The position numbers and the translations under genes are program-made. A model generated the notes under the pieces. That model was not told the origin of the DNA, ran no database searches, and saw nothing but the letters and a program-made list of their open reading frames with translations. This document shows, piece after piece, positions 48,000-62,245 of a stretch of 64,000 nucleotides of DNA. Each line of letters begins with the position of its first letter. Within the stretch, counting starts at the first letter, position 1. Origin of the DNA: Squalus acanthias (Eukaryota); assembly GCA_030390025.1 (NCBI GenBank), contig CM059432.1:15998001-16062000 (forward strand), given 5' to 3'.

Positions 48000-49011
48000 C
48001 CATGATTACTGGACACAGTACATAAAAACTCGCAATGGTGACTTTTCTTGGTGAACAGTTAGTGAAGAAATGACACGAGAAGAATGCAGGCGTGTCACAT
48101 GCAGGTCCTTCAGTCTCATGTCTTTAGAATGCAGACAGTAGAATTTAGAGTGCACTGGTGGTGAGGGAATGGTTATTTGGGCAGCTATTTCAGACACCCA
48201 CATGGGCAGCTGCAAGATTATCATTAGGGTAGCCCCCTTCTCCGCCACACCTTCAAAGTATCCCATTCACCATTGTGTTAACAACCCTGCCTACTGGCTA
48301 ACACATTCAGTCTACAATCCTCGACAGATTTAATGCTTGCGGTTTGACACGCCGGGCAATGGGGTCTCCTTCTGATTTTTAGTGTTTAAAAATAGAACAA
48401 TGACTTCAGTCAGGGCAATGGTAAGAGCACTAAATTGGTATCTGTATCTCCAGGGCTAGGGAGTTAATAAACATCAGCCCGGGTTTCCTCTCCTGATTGC
48501 GATCCAGTGACCTCTTAGAACAAGTTAAGAGAGAGGATCAGACTCGGTCTTGATGATCATTGCAGTCAAATAGTCCGCTCTGCTAACCCTAACCGTCTAG
48601 GCTCCCACTTGAAGAGTAAGTGCCGGAGTGAGGTGCCAGAAAGACGCCAGTGTCTCCATGGGACTCGATTCCAACATGACTCACTGTCTTCAGGAGAGGA
48701 AGACGTCCATTATAAACACAAAAATACAATCCAGCTACACTGCGCCATGACATGTTATATGGGGTGTAGAAGAATGCGAGATAAATGTTCAGAAACTCCA
48801 CGAGCATAAAATTACATTGTGAATATTGGCACACAAATGCTTTCATCTATATTTAACTCAGGACTCTGGTTAATAACTCAGTTAAATTGGCAGACAGAGG
48901 AATTTCATCATTCATAAGCTAATATTCACCGTGTAATTTGAAGTCTAACGTATTTTAATTTTCTGACTTAGTCACTGGCAGTCCTCAACAGCTGGAAATG
49001 AGGATTTACAC

Positions 49012-49408
49012 GCAGGTACAGTAGCGTAGTGGTTATGTTACTGGACTAGTAATCCAGAGGCCTGGACTAATGTATCAGGAGACGCGAGTTCAAATCCCAT
49101 CCACGGCAGCTGGGGCATTTAAATTCAGTTAATTAAATAAATCTGGAATAAAAAGCTAGTATCAGTAATGGTGACCATGAAACTACCGGATTGTCGTAAA
49201 AATCCAACTGGTTCACTAATGTCCCTTAGGGAAGGAAATCTGCCGTCCTTACCCAGTCTGGCCTATATGTGACTCCAGACCCACAGCAATGTGGTTGACT
49301 CTTAACTGCCCTCTGCGGTTCAAGAAGGCTGCTCACCTTCTCAAGGGCAATTAGGGATGGGCAATAAATGCCAGCGACGCCCACATCCCATGAACGAATA
49401 AAAGAAAT
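49012..49408 (+). mobile_element. SINE family B, full length
   Basis: tagcgtagtgg A box, gagttcaaatccc B box, and 3' end cggttcaagaaggc..aagggcaattagggatgggcaataaatg..gacgcccacatccc shared with LINE B. Confidence 0.85.
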
Positions 49409-50147
49409 AAATCTACAGCACGGGAACAGGCAATTCGGCCCAACAGGTCCATACCGGTGCTTAGGCACCACACGTGCCTTCTCCCACCCCAATTCATCTA
49501 ACCCGATCAACTTAACCTTCAATTCCTATCTAGCTTCCCCTAGTTCTAAAAATTACCACTCCAGGATCAGGGGCAGCAACGCACTGCGCCACATAGCATG
49601 TCACTCATACCCGTGACTCACTAAACAGCAAGTTCCCAATCTCAGTCTTCCCTCCTTTCACAATCTACGGGTCCTTAGAAGCGAAGTTTGACCATTACGG
49701 TTTGATTTAACTTGAGGAGTAGAGCGAGAGAGGAGAGGAGAGGAGAGGAGAGGAGAACCGGCTGCAGAAGTGGAGTTCATCTGCTCCACAGCAGTGGGTA
49801 ATGCAGGAGGCTGCTGGTGGAGGCGGATGCTGCTGTTTATTGTGGCTGTGCAAGGGCCGAGTGCTCAGCTCACTCCTGTGGGCCGACAATGTTGTTTTCC
49901 TACTGCTCGTCTGTAAAATCTCGGCCAGAAGTGGATTGTGACTTTTCAAATAACCAAGTTGTTTCTACGTTGTGCCCGCAGTGTAAATGGCATCAGAAAA
50001 CAAGAGAACCACTTCTACTTGAAGAAGCTCCGTAATATAGAGCGGGCAAGAGAAAGTTCCTCCTTAATACTTTACTACTGATTATACAAGGGGACCCCCT
50101 CCCTCCCTCAGTGAGAACAGTTTTCCAATCTGTTAACTAGTTTCAAT

Positions 50148-50900
50148 CATAGAGTGGTTACAGCACAGAAGGAGGCCATTCAGCCCGTCAAGCCCGTGCC
50201 GGCTCTCTGCAAGAGCACTTCAGCTAGTCCCACTCCCCCGTCCTTTCCACGTAGCCCTGCAATTTTTTTCCCCCCCCTCAGGTATCCAATTCCCTTTTGA
50301 AAGCCACGATTGAGTCTGCCTCCACCACCCTCTCAGGCAGTGCATTCCAGATCTTAACCACTCGCTGCGTAAAAATTTTTTTCCTCATCTCGCCTTTGGT
50401 TATTCTGCCAATCACCTTAAATCTGTGTCCTCTGGTTCTCGACCCTTCCACCAATGGGAACAGTTTCTTTCTATCTACTCTGTCTAGACCCCTCATGATT
50501 TTGAACCCCTCTATCAAATCTCCTCTCAACCTTCTGTGCTCGAAGGAGAACAACCCCAGCTTCTCCAGTCTATCCATGCAACTGAAGTCCCTCATCCCTG
50601 GAAGCATTCTTGTAAATCTTTTCTGCACCCTCTCTAAGGCCTTCACATCCTTCCTAAAGTGCGGTGTCCAGAATTGGACTCAATACTCCAGTTGAGGCCG
50701 AACCAGCGTTTTATAAAGGTTCATCATAACTTCCTTGCTTTTGTACTCTATGCCTCTATTCATGAAGCCCAGGATCCCGTATGCTTTTTTAACCACTTTC
50801 TCAACCTGTCCTGCCACCTTCAATGATTTGTACACATATACCCCCAGGTCTCTCTGTTCATGCACCCCCTTTAGAATTGTACCCTTTAGTTTATATTGCC
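50148..50900 (-). mobile_element. CR1 3' fragment (same subfamily as 29918-30700)
   Basis: ORFs 50278-50646 and 50680-50865 closely resemble ORF 29994-30752. Confidence 0.92.
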
Positions 50901-51880
50901 TTAAAAATAATGTAAAATAATTAAAAAATGTAAACAGCAGTATTTTTTTTTTTTTTAAATGCCTCTAACATTCTGTTAAAGTATTTAAAAAAAGATGTTG
51001 TGTGTGTCATTAAAACAGTGTAACTGATCATTTGATCTCTGTATCTTGGGGCATTACTGTGCGGGTATCTGTTGAAGGACAGGGTCTCCATTCAGCACTG
51101 TTGGCCTTTCTACCCAACAGAGCCTTTTCCCTGGAGCACCAGTATAAATCAAGATCAAACAAGCAAATGAGTAAATGACCACATTGGTCCTTTTAGTCAC
51201 AATTATTTTGGACATTTATTTCCACATCGTAGCAATGGGATCAAAGTGGAGCTAGAAAATTTGTCATTTGACTTCTGGACTAAAGCTGGCACAAATCTAA
51301 TTACGACGAGGAAGTACGGAGTCACACAGTACGGTTATTATTTGAAAACAGGAATCTGTTTTTCACCCTGCCTGCCTCGTGCTATCTCGCATCCTACCTT
51401 GTCTAAGAAAGTTCTTTTTTAGAAGGCGAGTTATCAATCTGACAGAGTGACCACAGTATGATATTGTGTTTAATGACAGGTGATTGCAGACACTAACATT
51501 TAAATGCCTCTGAGCTTGGGAAAGGAAAAAAAAGAGACAGGCAATCAAAGATGTCTCTTGATCACTATCCAGTGATCCTTGCTGGAAAGTGTTTATATAT
51601 GGATAGCGGGTGAAGGCAGGATCAGGCCGTGGTGTTCCCTATAGTAGAATAGTTTAACAGCACTCGCAGTGTAGACTCATACCTGAAGATACGAAGGCTG
51701 AGAGCTAGAGGGTGTGGAGCCAAACCCCCAGCAAGAGTCAGGGTCTTCAGGAGAAAAAGGGAGAATATTGGGGGTAAAACCACAGCCAGTGCTGGGCTGC
51801 TACAGGGTGGTAGGACATAGATTCAGCCTCAGCGACTCCACGCATAGCGACTCCTTCGGTCTTAGCCGGGCTATCGAGTA

Positions 51881-52324
51881 AGAAAGGAAAGAAAGACTTG
51901 CATTTATATAGCGCCTTTCACGACCACCTCAAAGCACTTTAAGTGGAGTCACTGTCGTAATGTAGGAAACGCGGCAGCCAATTTGCGCACAGCAAGATCC
52001 CACAAACAGCAATGCGATAACGACCAGATAATCTGTTTTTTGTTGTTATGTTGATTGAGGGATAAATATTGGCCAGGACACTGGGGATAACTCCCCTGCT
52101 CTTCTTCAAAATAGTGCCTTTTACGTCCACCTGAGAGAGAGCAGACAGGGCCTCGGTTTAAAGTCTCATCCGAAAGGCGGCACCTCCGACAGTGCAGCAC
52201 CCCCCTCAGCACTGCACTGGAGTGTCAGCCTCGATTTTTGTGCTCAAGTCCCTGGAGTGGGACTTGAACCCACAACCTTCTGACTCGGAGGTGAGTGTGC
52301 TACCCACTGAGCCACAGCTGACAC
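51881..52324 (-). mobile_element. DeuSINE, full length
   Basis: Family match. Confidence 0.88.
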
Positions 52325-53064
52325 GGAGTAGAGCCCAGATGTTTTCCCATGAGGAGACAGGCAAGGTAAAATACAAAACAGGGGGGGAAAAAACACATAC
52401 AAAAGGCACAGTGAAAATAGTTGATGCCACAGCTGATGCAGATACAGCCTACATCGCAGTCTGAACTTGCCAGTATGCCCTGCATGACGAGCAGGCAGCC
52501 ATGGTTTCAGAAGGGCTTGTCCCTGGCTGAAATCAAGCAGGCCTGTAAACGCTGACAAACACCTTAAGTGGATAACTCACAAGTGATTATTTCTGAGAAG
52601 TTAACGGGAAATGAATGATAACTTTTATCTGCCTTGTTACATTAGTTCCTGCCAAATAAGTAAATGTATTCAGCCGGAATCCAGATGTTCCTGGTACCGC
52701 CACCTACCTCCCACTCCTCCCGACCCCTCCTGATTACATTGACACTTTAAATGATAAATGATCACATTCTACACAAGCCGATGTAAAATGATAATTCCCG
52801 TGGAGAATAGCCCGCTGACACTCACTGTCTAAGCTCGTCCACCATTCAGCCGATTTGCTGTTTCTGGGATCTTGCTGTGCACAAATTGGATAGTCTGCTT
52901 GTCTAATAAAAGAGACTATCCTTCAAAAGTATTTCATTAGAGGTGAAGCACTTTGGGACATCCTGGAGATGTGGCAAGGTACTATAAATACAAGTTTTTC
53001 TTTATATTAACTGCAGATGAGTTGAACCTAATTGTCTACCTGATCTCTTTTCCCAGCATGGCAA

Positions 53065-53930
53065 ACATAAGAACATAAGAAATAGGAGCAGGAGTAGGCC
53101 AATCGGCCCTTCGAGCCTGCTCCGCCATTCAATGAGATCATGGCTGATCTTCTGCCTCAATTCCATTCACCGGCCTTATCATATCCCTTGATGCCCTTAC
53201 TAGTCAGAAATCTATCGATTTCTGTTTTGAATGTATCCAATGACTGAGCCTCCATAGCCCTCTAGGGTAGAGAATTCCAAAGATTCACCACCCTCTGTGT
53301 GAAGAAATTTCTTCTCATCTCAGTCCTGAATGGCCTACCCTTTATCCTGAGGCTGTGGCCCCTGGTTCTAGACTCCCCAGCCAAGGGAAACATTCTCCCA
53401 GCATCCACCCTATCAAGCCCTGTAATAATTTTGTATGCTTCAATGAGATCCCCTCTCATTCTTCTGAATTCAAGAGAATACAGGCCTAGTTTACTCAATC
53501 TCTTCTCATACGACAGTCCCGCCATCCCAGGAATCAATCTCGTGAACCTTCGTTGCACTCCCTCTATGGCAAGTCTATCCTTCCTTAGGTAAGGAGACCA
53601 AAATTGTACACAGTACTCCAGGTGTGGTCTCACCAAGGCCCTATATAATTGGAGTAAGACTTCTTTACTCCTGTACTCAAATCCTCTTGTAATGAAGGCC
53701 AGCATGCCATTTGCCTTCCTAATGGCTTGCTGCACCTGCACATTCACTTTCAGTGACTCATGTACAAGGACACCCAGGTCCCTTTGAGCATCTGCATCCC
53801 CCAATCTTTCACCATTTAGGAAATACTCTGCCTTTCTGTTTTTTCTACCAAAGTGGTAACTTCACATTATATTCCATCTGCCATGTTCTCACCCACTCAC
53901 TGAGCCTGTCGAGATCCCCTTGAAGCCTCT
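53065..53930 (-). mobile_element. CR1 3' fragment
   Basis: ORF 53262-53804: QRDLGVLVH...LVRPHLEYCVQFWSP...RRMRGDLIE; terminal aacataag repeats. Confidence 0.92.
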
Positions 53931-54836
53931 TCACAACTTCTTTACTCCTATACTCAAATCCATTTACCCAGCTTCCAGTAGGAGCTGACGCTTATCTACC
54001 TAACCATAATACAGCAGTGTAAAATCCAGGACTGGGATCTCAAAATGGAACAATTGAAGTTTTTTTGCACCTTTGATGAGGAGTATATCTACATAGCTTT
54101 ACTTTAACAATGACACTTTGCCCCAATCTTTTGACTTCTTTCTTTGAGCCCCAACATCCTTAAGATCATAAAGAATGGAATAAGAAAAAGGCCACTTGAC
54201 CCACGAATCTTTCTCCTTCCACATATCTATCCTATTGTGGATTCTTCCCCAATCATTTAATATACTGTATAAATACTCCGATTCTGAAAAACAATCCAGA
54301 TCATTCATCCGTGCTTACATCTCCACTATTCGACCTTGACCTGCTGGCCTCCACTGACACTCTCACCTCCAAGCTTCAGCATGGTAGTAATCATGTGCTC
54401 TGTGGAATATTTGACCATTTCACTTTATACCTGTTCCTATAACCTCCAGCCCATTCAAAAAACATATTTACCCAGCTCCTTCTGGAAGATTTATATAACT
54501 TTGACTGTAGAGGTACTTCAGTGAGGTTTAAAATATATATTTGTGGCACATTTCAGGCAATTCCATTCACTTTTGACAGAGGTTAGCACATCAGACACCT
54601 TAATAGCAGCACTGAATTACTGTCCAATCCTTACATTCTTACAGGTTCAACCCCAACTCAAATTAGAAAATAGAAAAACAGCAAGATTTATTTTTAAAGT
54701 CAATAAAATGCCAAATTTTACAGATATCCTGGGAACAATCAGAAGCATCATAAACTATTTCTGATAGTTATCAACCAAATGCTAAAAATGGAACTTTCCA
54801 GATTAAAATAATCATAATGTAATTGAAATTCCAACA

Positions 54837-55310
54837 GTGTCAGCCGTGGCTCAGTGGGTAGCACCCTCGCCTGAGTCAGACGGTTGTGGGTTCAAGTCCC
54901 ACTCCAAGGACTGGAGCACAAAAATCTAGGCCGACACTCCAGTGCAGTGCTGAGGGAGTGCTGCACTGTCGGAGGTGCCGTCTTTGGGATGAGACCTTAA
55001 GCCGAGGCCCCGTCTGCTCTCAGGTGGATGTAAAAGATCCCGTGGCATTATTTCAAAGAAGAGCAGGGGAGTTATCCCCGGTGTCCTGGCCAATATTTAT
55101 CCCTCAATCAACATCACTAAAAAAACAGATTATCTGGTCATTATCACATTGCTGTTTATGGGATCTTGCTGTGCGCAAATTGGCTGCCGCGTTTCCTACA
55201 TTACAACAGTGGCTGCACTTCAAAACGTACTTCATTGTCGATAAGGCGCTTTGGGACGTCCAGTGGTTGTGAAAGGTGTTATATAAATGGAAGACTTTCT
55301 TTTTTTCTTT
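54837..55310 (+). mobile_element. DeuSINE, full length
   Basis: Family match. Confidence 0.88.
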
Positions 55311-57279
55311 TGATTCAAATTGAACGGATATTAAACAGACTCGATCTCCTCGGTAGGAAGGGGATCGGTGGCAGCTGTGAAGCAGCAGCTGAGAGCAAGT
55401 GTGTGCCCCGCGACATGTACTCTTCTCTCTCAGTTAGTTCTTTTTATTTCATTGCGATATCGCTCCATGAATACTTCATCAACCTTATCCCAAAAGTCAA
55501 TCCAAATAACCTATTGGATCCAACAGGAAAAACCGAACTCCCAAATATCCCTCTACATAGGAGAACATAACAAATTTCATAGTATAAAGATTTACAACCC
55601 CAATAAATAATTTCTTGTAATTTTCCACTTAAAATCTTAATATTGACTTTAAAACTGTTTGCACAATCAGAACAGATAATACAGGAAACTGCCAAGAAGA
55701 TAATTAGTATGAACTACTCTAGGAAGAGCCTGTTTAATACAATTAGCACCAATCAACATTTTCCACAATGAATTAATCCTCAATGTAAAATTCCCACAAT
55801 ATACACAAATGAAATTAAAATTGATCAAAGGCAGAAGCACAAACCTCCCTTGCAGTCACCGTCAGACAAATCGAAGCCCGAGCCTTTCCATTTGAGTGAG
55901 CGTTTGGACTGCTTTGATAATGCACACTTGTGGACCTCGGCTTTAATCAAACAGATTCGAACCTGGGCTCCGCTAAAACCGTTTCCTTGACACAAGAGCA
56001 CTTCATTGAAACACTGGCCCTTTGGGCCCCGTTCTGTAAGGTTCTTTGTCCTTCATCAACAGCATAAGCAAATTAAAATCAGATCCACGATATCTCATCA
56101 GAATAACTGCGTGTTACAATGCAGCTGTTACTCTCGCTCTCTCCAGTTCAATTACACTAAAGTGCTGCTGAAGTCAGGACCAGGCATGCTGGGCCCTGCA
56201 CCCTCACCTTATTCTTTTTTTCCCCCACCGCTGCCGCACAATTTCATTTTCTAAATGGTTTTCATCAATGTCTAAATGGATTGCAAGTCCGCATTCAAAA
56301 TAAAAATGATACCCCCCCCCGTCCCTCCCTCCTCTTCACGGTATCCTGAGGGGATCGTGAACTCTGGTGAAATAAAATCAGGCGCATAAAACCAATTTGG
56401 GGCTGGGTTCAAAGGAATTTCATGCTTTTAAATTTTCATCATTTATCAGGTCTCGAGGTGAATGAAGGTTTTAGTGTTTCACTTCTTGTCAGAGTTTTCT
56501 TTCCTTTAGATGATCCGTGCACAATTTCACTTTCATCATGAAATAGAGAAAGAACATGCCGGAACGAAAGAGCATTGTGTAAAGAAAGGGGGGAAAACAG
56601 GTTCATGTTTTGAGTGTAAATCTTTCACGAAAGGTCCACTCCCAAAACATTGCAGTTGCTGACAGACCTATGGTATTTCCCTTACTTTCTGTTTATATTC
56701 CAGTTAATCCTTTTTATCTGTGTTTTTATTGTGACGTTCCCCTTTCCCCTACTAAAAAAGAACATCTTATCAAAAAGCCTGTAAATACTCCTTACTGTAT
56801 TTTGAATATCCTTGAAACACTGCACGGAGTTTAAAAAGAATTCGACAGCGATATTTCAAACTCCTTTGGGATTCTACTAACCTGAGCCGTACCTATTCTT
56901 TGGATTGTCGCTGTTAATTACCCTGGATGATGAACATGGAACTGACCCTACTTTTACAGTTCTTTTAATGTCACTTCAGCCTTGCTATTTGCTCCTCATA
57001 ATAGAACCAGTCAGTGGTATTTTCCTCTGTAGTTTGGTCAGATGGAATTTTCACACAAATTAGCCATGTCATACGGTGTCCTATTAATAGTTTGGCATTG
57101 TCTGTGGTTTTCTAGAAAGTTCACAACCTCAGTGTGTTCAATTAAATAAGAGGCCCATTTTATACATCATCTGTGTCAATGCAAAATAGGTTCAGCTACC
57201 CACTGATGCAAACTTTTCAATATAATTTGGGTGCAGTGTCCCCTGGATCAAATGTAATTTTTATTCTTTTTAACATTAG

Positions 57280-57402
57280 TGAGAGAAAGAGAAAGGGAGA
57301 GAGAGAGAGAGAAAGAGAGGGAGAGAGAGAGAGAAAGAGAGAGAAAGGGAGAGAGAAACAGAAAGGGAGAGAGAGAGAGAGAGAAAGAGGAGAGAGAAAG
57401 AA
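57280..57402. repeat. (GA)-rich polypurine simple repeat
   Basis: Direct observation. Confidence 0.92.
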
Positions 57403-58820
57403 ATAAAAAGTATGAAATAAAAAGAACAAACTTGCATTTATATAATGTCTTTCACAACCTCAGAACGTCCCAATGCGCTTCACAGCCAATGAGGTATTCT
57501 TGAAGATTTGTCACTTGAAGTGATCCTGCAGATACAAGGATCAATCCATGCTTTCCAAAACCAATTCGAGTCTTGTGCAGGTTTTCCCTTGGTTGTGCAT
57601 TTGAGTTGGGTGGCTGGACTCGTGTACTGACCTGCAGGGCTGCCCAGTGCTGCCAGGCTGAGCTGCTAAATGAATGGGAATAAAGCAATATTACTAAATA
57701 AAAGGACAGGATGGAAGGAGTGGGAAAGCAGTTGATTAACCAACTGTTCAAAGTGCCTGGCAGCACTGGGCAGCAAAACATATGGGGATCGGCTGAGATG
57801 ATCATGCATTTAAAGTGATCATTTGGGTTACTGGTCAAATCAATTACTATAACAATATTATACGGTATTAAAGTTAGCGAGCAGGCATGCATGCACAGCG
57901 CTCTGTTTTTCAATAACCAGAGCGATGCGGAGCCAACAGTATAACTTGGTTCTACTCGTTCTGTGTCTCTCTCTACATAGCCTTTTGTAAAAATATGCCC
58001 TTATGTTAAAATATTCCCACATGAATTTCAGGTCAAATTAATACTCATTACTAAATGTACACACGCTCGGGTTTTTAAAAATTCATCATGATATAAAATG
58101 CCGACAGCTATTAAAAAGAAAATGATCAGAATGACAGCACAGTGAGGTGGAGCACTGGAGCACCTGCGCACTGGAGCACCTGCACACTGGGCCATGGACT
58201 GATGCGATGCAGATTCTACAGAAACGGTGGGACAGTGAGGCGGTGGTACAGTGAGATGGCACATTAATTTGTTCTGCTACAACAGCAGGAATGTAATTTT
58301 AATTTCTCCCACCACCACATCCCCTCCACCTCTCCTCCCCCGCCTTATCCTAGTTGTGTTGCCGGGAGGAAGCAGCGACAAGGGGGGCTCCTCACAGTGG
58401 ATTGGAAAGATTAGAGAGAGTTGTTCCCAAGCCACTCGCTTGTGTCTTGTGGCAGCCAATTCAGTGACATTAGCAGAAACCTGGGAGCAGGTGGCCCAAC
58501 TGTCCCCTCAGTCATAGTTGGTGCAAAGTCCAAAGAGGCCTCATAAATTATGAAAAGAAAATAGTTTGTAAGAGCAAAACACGCACACATTATGCACACA
58601 CTCAGCCCTATGTGCAACATTTGGCAAGTTCCACAGTTCAGGTTCTTTATTTAACCTTTCATTATTCTGCACTGTTTAAAAACTTTGTATTCCTTGATCT
58701 GGAATCATTATTGTCTCCGGGATCAAACCCAGCTCCAAGTGACATGTCTTCAGTTATTTCCATCATCTTTAGTGAGAAAAATCCATCTAAACAGCTGACC
58801 TTCCAATGGTAAGACACTTT

Positions 58821-59329
58821 GGCCTAGAAATTCGGTAGCAACCATCTTTGGGCACCTTACCCGCAGAGTGCTAACAGCCCGCGCTCAAATGGGGAGGTCC
58901 GAGGAGCCGGGATTTTGGATTGTGATCGGATGGTTGTCGGGGGTCGGGAAAGGAGATCGCGGGGATCTGGAGTGCTGTTGGGGGGGGGGATCGGGAGTGC
59001 TGGTGGGGGGGTTGGGGGGGGGGATCGGGAGTGCTGGTGGGGGGGTGCGCCTGGGAGTCGGAGTTGGGAGCGAGGTCAGAGATCTCTGGTGATTATGGTA
59101 AGTACTTACCTTTTTTTTAATTCCGTGCTGGACCGCGTTGGTTTTCCCTGAGGCAGTCAGCACTGTTTCAGACGTGGGTAAAAGACGCCTCTTGTTTGGC
59201 CTTTACCAAGATAGGCCCTGGCGCTGCTCACGCCAGAATTGTGCGCACGCGGCTCAGTCGCCATTCTGGGCACAAAACGGCACCCTTAGTGCCGAAAAAC
59301 CAGCCACTACGAAGCCAAATTTCTTGGCC
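58821..59329. mobile_element. Harbinger-type MITE with 3-bp TSD
   Basis: TIR ggcctagaaattcgg / ccaaatttcttggcc, ttt on both flanks; internal G-rich tandem gggggatcgggagtgctggtggg. Confidence 0.78.
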
Positions 59330-59344
59330 TTTCTTTTGCATTTT

Positions 59345-60552
59345 GCAGCCAGAAGTGCCGAGTGGATGATCCATCTCCGCCTCCTCCTGAGGTCCCCACC
59401 ACTATAGAAGCCAGTCTTCAGCTAATTCGATTCACTCCACGGGATATCAAAAAACAGCGAAGCACACTAAGCGAGTGTGGCACTAAGAAGCCCAAGTAAA
59501 ATTGAAGTCCATGGGGATCAGGGGGAAAACTCTTTCACTGGCTGGAGTCATACCTAGCACAAAGGAAGATAGTTGTGGTGATTGAAGGTCAATCATCTCA
59601 GCCCCAGCACATTGCTGCAGGAGTTCCTCAGGGCAGTGTCCTGGGCCCAACCATCTTCAGCTGCTTCATCAATGACCTTCCCTCCATCAGAAGGTCAGAA
59701 ATAGGGATGTTCGCACAGTGTTCAACTCCTCAGATAATGAAGCAGTCCGTGCCCGCATGCAGCAAGACCTGGACAACATCCAGGCTTGCACTTATAAGTG
59801 GCGAGTAACATTTGTGCCACACAAGTGCCAGGCAATGACCATCTTCAACATGACAGAGTCTAATCATCTCCCCTCGACATTCAATGGCATTACCATTGTT
59901 GAATCTCCTACCATCAACATCCTGAGGGGAGGGGCCACCATTGACCGGAAACTTAACTGGACCAGCCACATAAATACTGTGGCTACTAGAGCAGATCAGA
60001 GGTTGGGTATTCTGCGGAGAGTGTCTCACCTCCTGACTCCCCAAAGCCTTTCCACCATCTACAAGGCACCAGTAAGGAGTGTAATGGAATACTCTCCACT
60101 TGCCTGGATGAATGCAGCTCCAACAACACACAAGAAGCTCGACACCATCCAGGACAAAGCAGCCCACTTGATTGGCACCCCATCCACCATCTTAAACATT
60201 CACTCCTTCCACTGTGGCTGCAGTGTGTACCATCTACAAGATGCACTGCAGCAACTCACCAAGGCTTCTTCATTTGCACTTCCAAAACCCGCAACCTCCA
60301 CCACCTAGAAGAACGAGGGCAGCGGGAACACCACAATCTCCAAGTCACACACCATCCTGACTTGGAAATATATCACCGTTCCTTCATTGTCGTTGGGTCA
60401 AAATCCTGGAACTCCCTCCCTAACAGCACCACACGGAATGCAGCGGTTCAAGAAGGCGGCTCACCACTGCCTTCTCAAGGGCAATTAGGAATGGGCAATA
60501 AATGCTGGCCTTGTCGGCGACGCCCACATCCCAGGAACGAATTAAAAAAAAA
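59345..60552 (+). mobile_element. LINE family B (CR1/L2 group), RT C-terminal half plus 3' UTR, inactive
   Basis: AGVPQGSVLGPTIFSCFINDLP motif; the expected FADD is deleted at about 59712. ORF 59718-60308 has ...STIYKA.VRSVMEYSPLAW. Confidence 0.9.
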
Positions 60553-61892
60553 TTAACTGCTTTTTCTACAAAACTGAAAATCCTCCACAAACTAGCTTAA
60601 TATTTGACTTTTATAATGCAAAAAAGATAAGAAAATCTAAAGTGAGATAAAGCTATTCCTCCTATTTAGTCCAATAGCCCATATATAATTGTCCTATCAT
60701 GGGCACATGCATGTGTGTTTTGCCAGTACAAACCTATTTTTTTTTTAGTTAACCCGGAATCAAGTGACTCCTCTGGGAGTTTGTTCCACAAAAAGAAGAG
60801 GAGCTGGTTTTAACTCTGAGGTCATAGGGAAGAAACTCTTGGTGACCAAACTGAAAAGAATAAAACCTACATTCCACCAAAGAGTCTACCAGACTATGCC
60901 AACTGTTCCCACAGCTGATGCTGTTATCTGTAGCTAACCACTTATCATCTCATGTAGAATTGAAGTGATACCACAAAGAATAGAGGACAAATTAAACTGG
61001 CTTACAAAAGTAACATCCCCCTGAACATCCTCCGACTAAATCTGCATGGAAGTCCCTCAATCCAATACAATACCTTACACATTTGTATCCTGCCTGACCG
61101 AGAACTGGAAAAATGATCTGGGTGGAAACTAATGAGATCCAACCTCCATAATTCCCAATTTAAAAATACATTTGGGAGTTATGATGGTTCTCACCAAAAT
61201 GGTAAATAACAATTCACATAAATACTCAAGTATTGTTTTAAAATAACTATGAAGATATAAGCCTAGTATTTGGTCGAGCAATGTAAAAAAAGTGAAACAG
61301 TATTAAGTAACAACTTAGAAAGTTCTTAAAGAACTGCTTGGGTATTAAAACTGTGACTGACTGGTACTATTCCCCTCTCGTTTCATGCTGGTGCTGATGT
61401 CCCCATCTCCAATTGCAAACTCACACTGTTTCTCCCCCCACCTCCCCCCCCCCCCTTCCCTTCCAGTTTCCTGTTAGCACTCTAGGGTCTGTGCAGCAGC
61501 ACCCAGCTCCGCAGCCCTGCTGTCAGTTCCTGCCTCCTGCTGCTCCCTCGACTGGAATCCCCGATCTTACGAGAATTCCTGCCCACAGTGTGCAGCGGTG
61601 TTCAATGACAAAAGCAAGCGCCACTGTGGTGGCGGGGGGGGGCAAAGGGAGTCAGCAATGGCACTGAGAGGATAGATGGAGCTAACAGTGGTGCTCCATG
61701 TATGTGAGCTGGATCCAGATTGTGGGCCACAGTTTCGACACTCCTGGTGTAGACGGTACCAGATTCAATGGAGATTACGAATATATATGAAGGTTCTGCA
61801 TCCGTGGAACAATTGTACTAAACACATTTTTTTTTTAAAAGACCACCATAATAGTAAGAATAGTAGGGTTTTATTGGCTATCTCAGAGTTAG

Positions 61893-62245
61893 GAACATAG
61901 GAACAGGAGTAGGCCATTCAGCCCCTTGAGCCTATTCCGCCATTCAATTAGATCATTGCTGATCTGTAGCTCCACTCCATTTACCCGCCTTGGTTACATA
62001 TCTCTTCATACTCTTACCTAACAAAAATCTATCAATCTCAGTTTCTACATTTTCAATTGAGCAAGCCTCAACAGCTTTTTTTTGTGGGGGGAGAGAGTTC
62101 CAGATCTCCACTACCCTTTGTGTGAAGAAGTGCTCCTGACATCACCTCTGAACGGCCTGGCTCTAATTTCAAGATTATACCCCCTTGTTCTGGACTCTCC
62201 CACCAGAGGAAATAGTTTCTCTCCATCTACCCTATCAAATCCTTT
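61893..62245 (-). mobile_element. CR1 3' fragment
   Basis: gaacataggaacaggagtaggccattcagcccc tail and the complement of a HFFTQRVV-type coding stretch. Confidence 0.85.

Noticed and set aside
49707..49949. Minus-strand ORF in unique sequence as a candidate ARHGAP28 first exon
   Set aside because: Lacks the family N-terminal VVLTAYH motif, has no ATG start or convincing phase-2 donor, and runs into a (GGAGA)n repeat.
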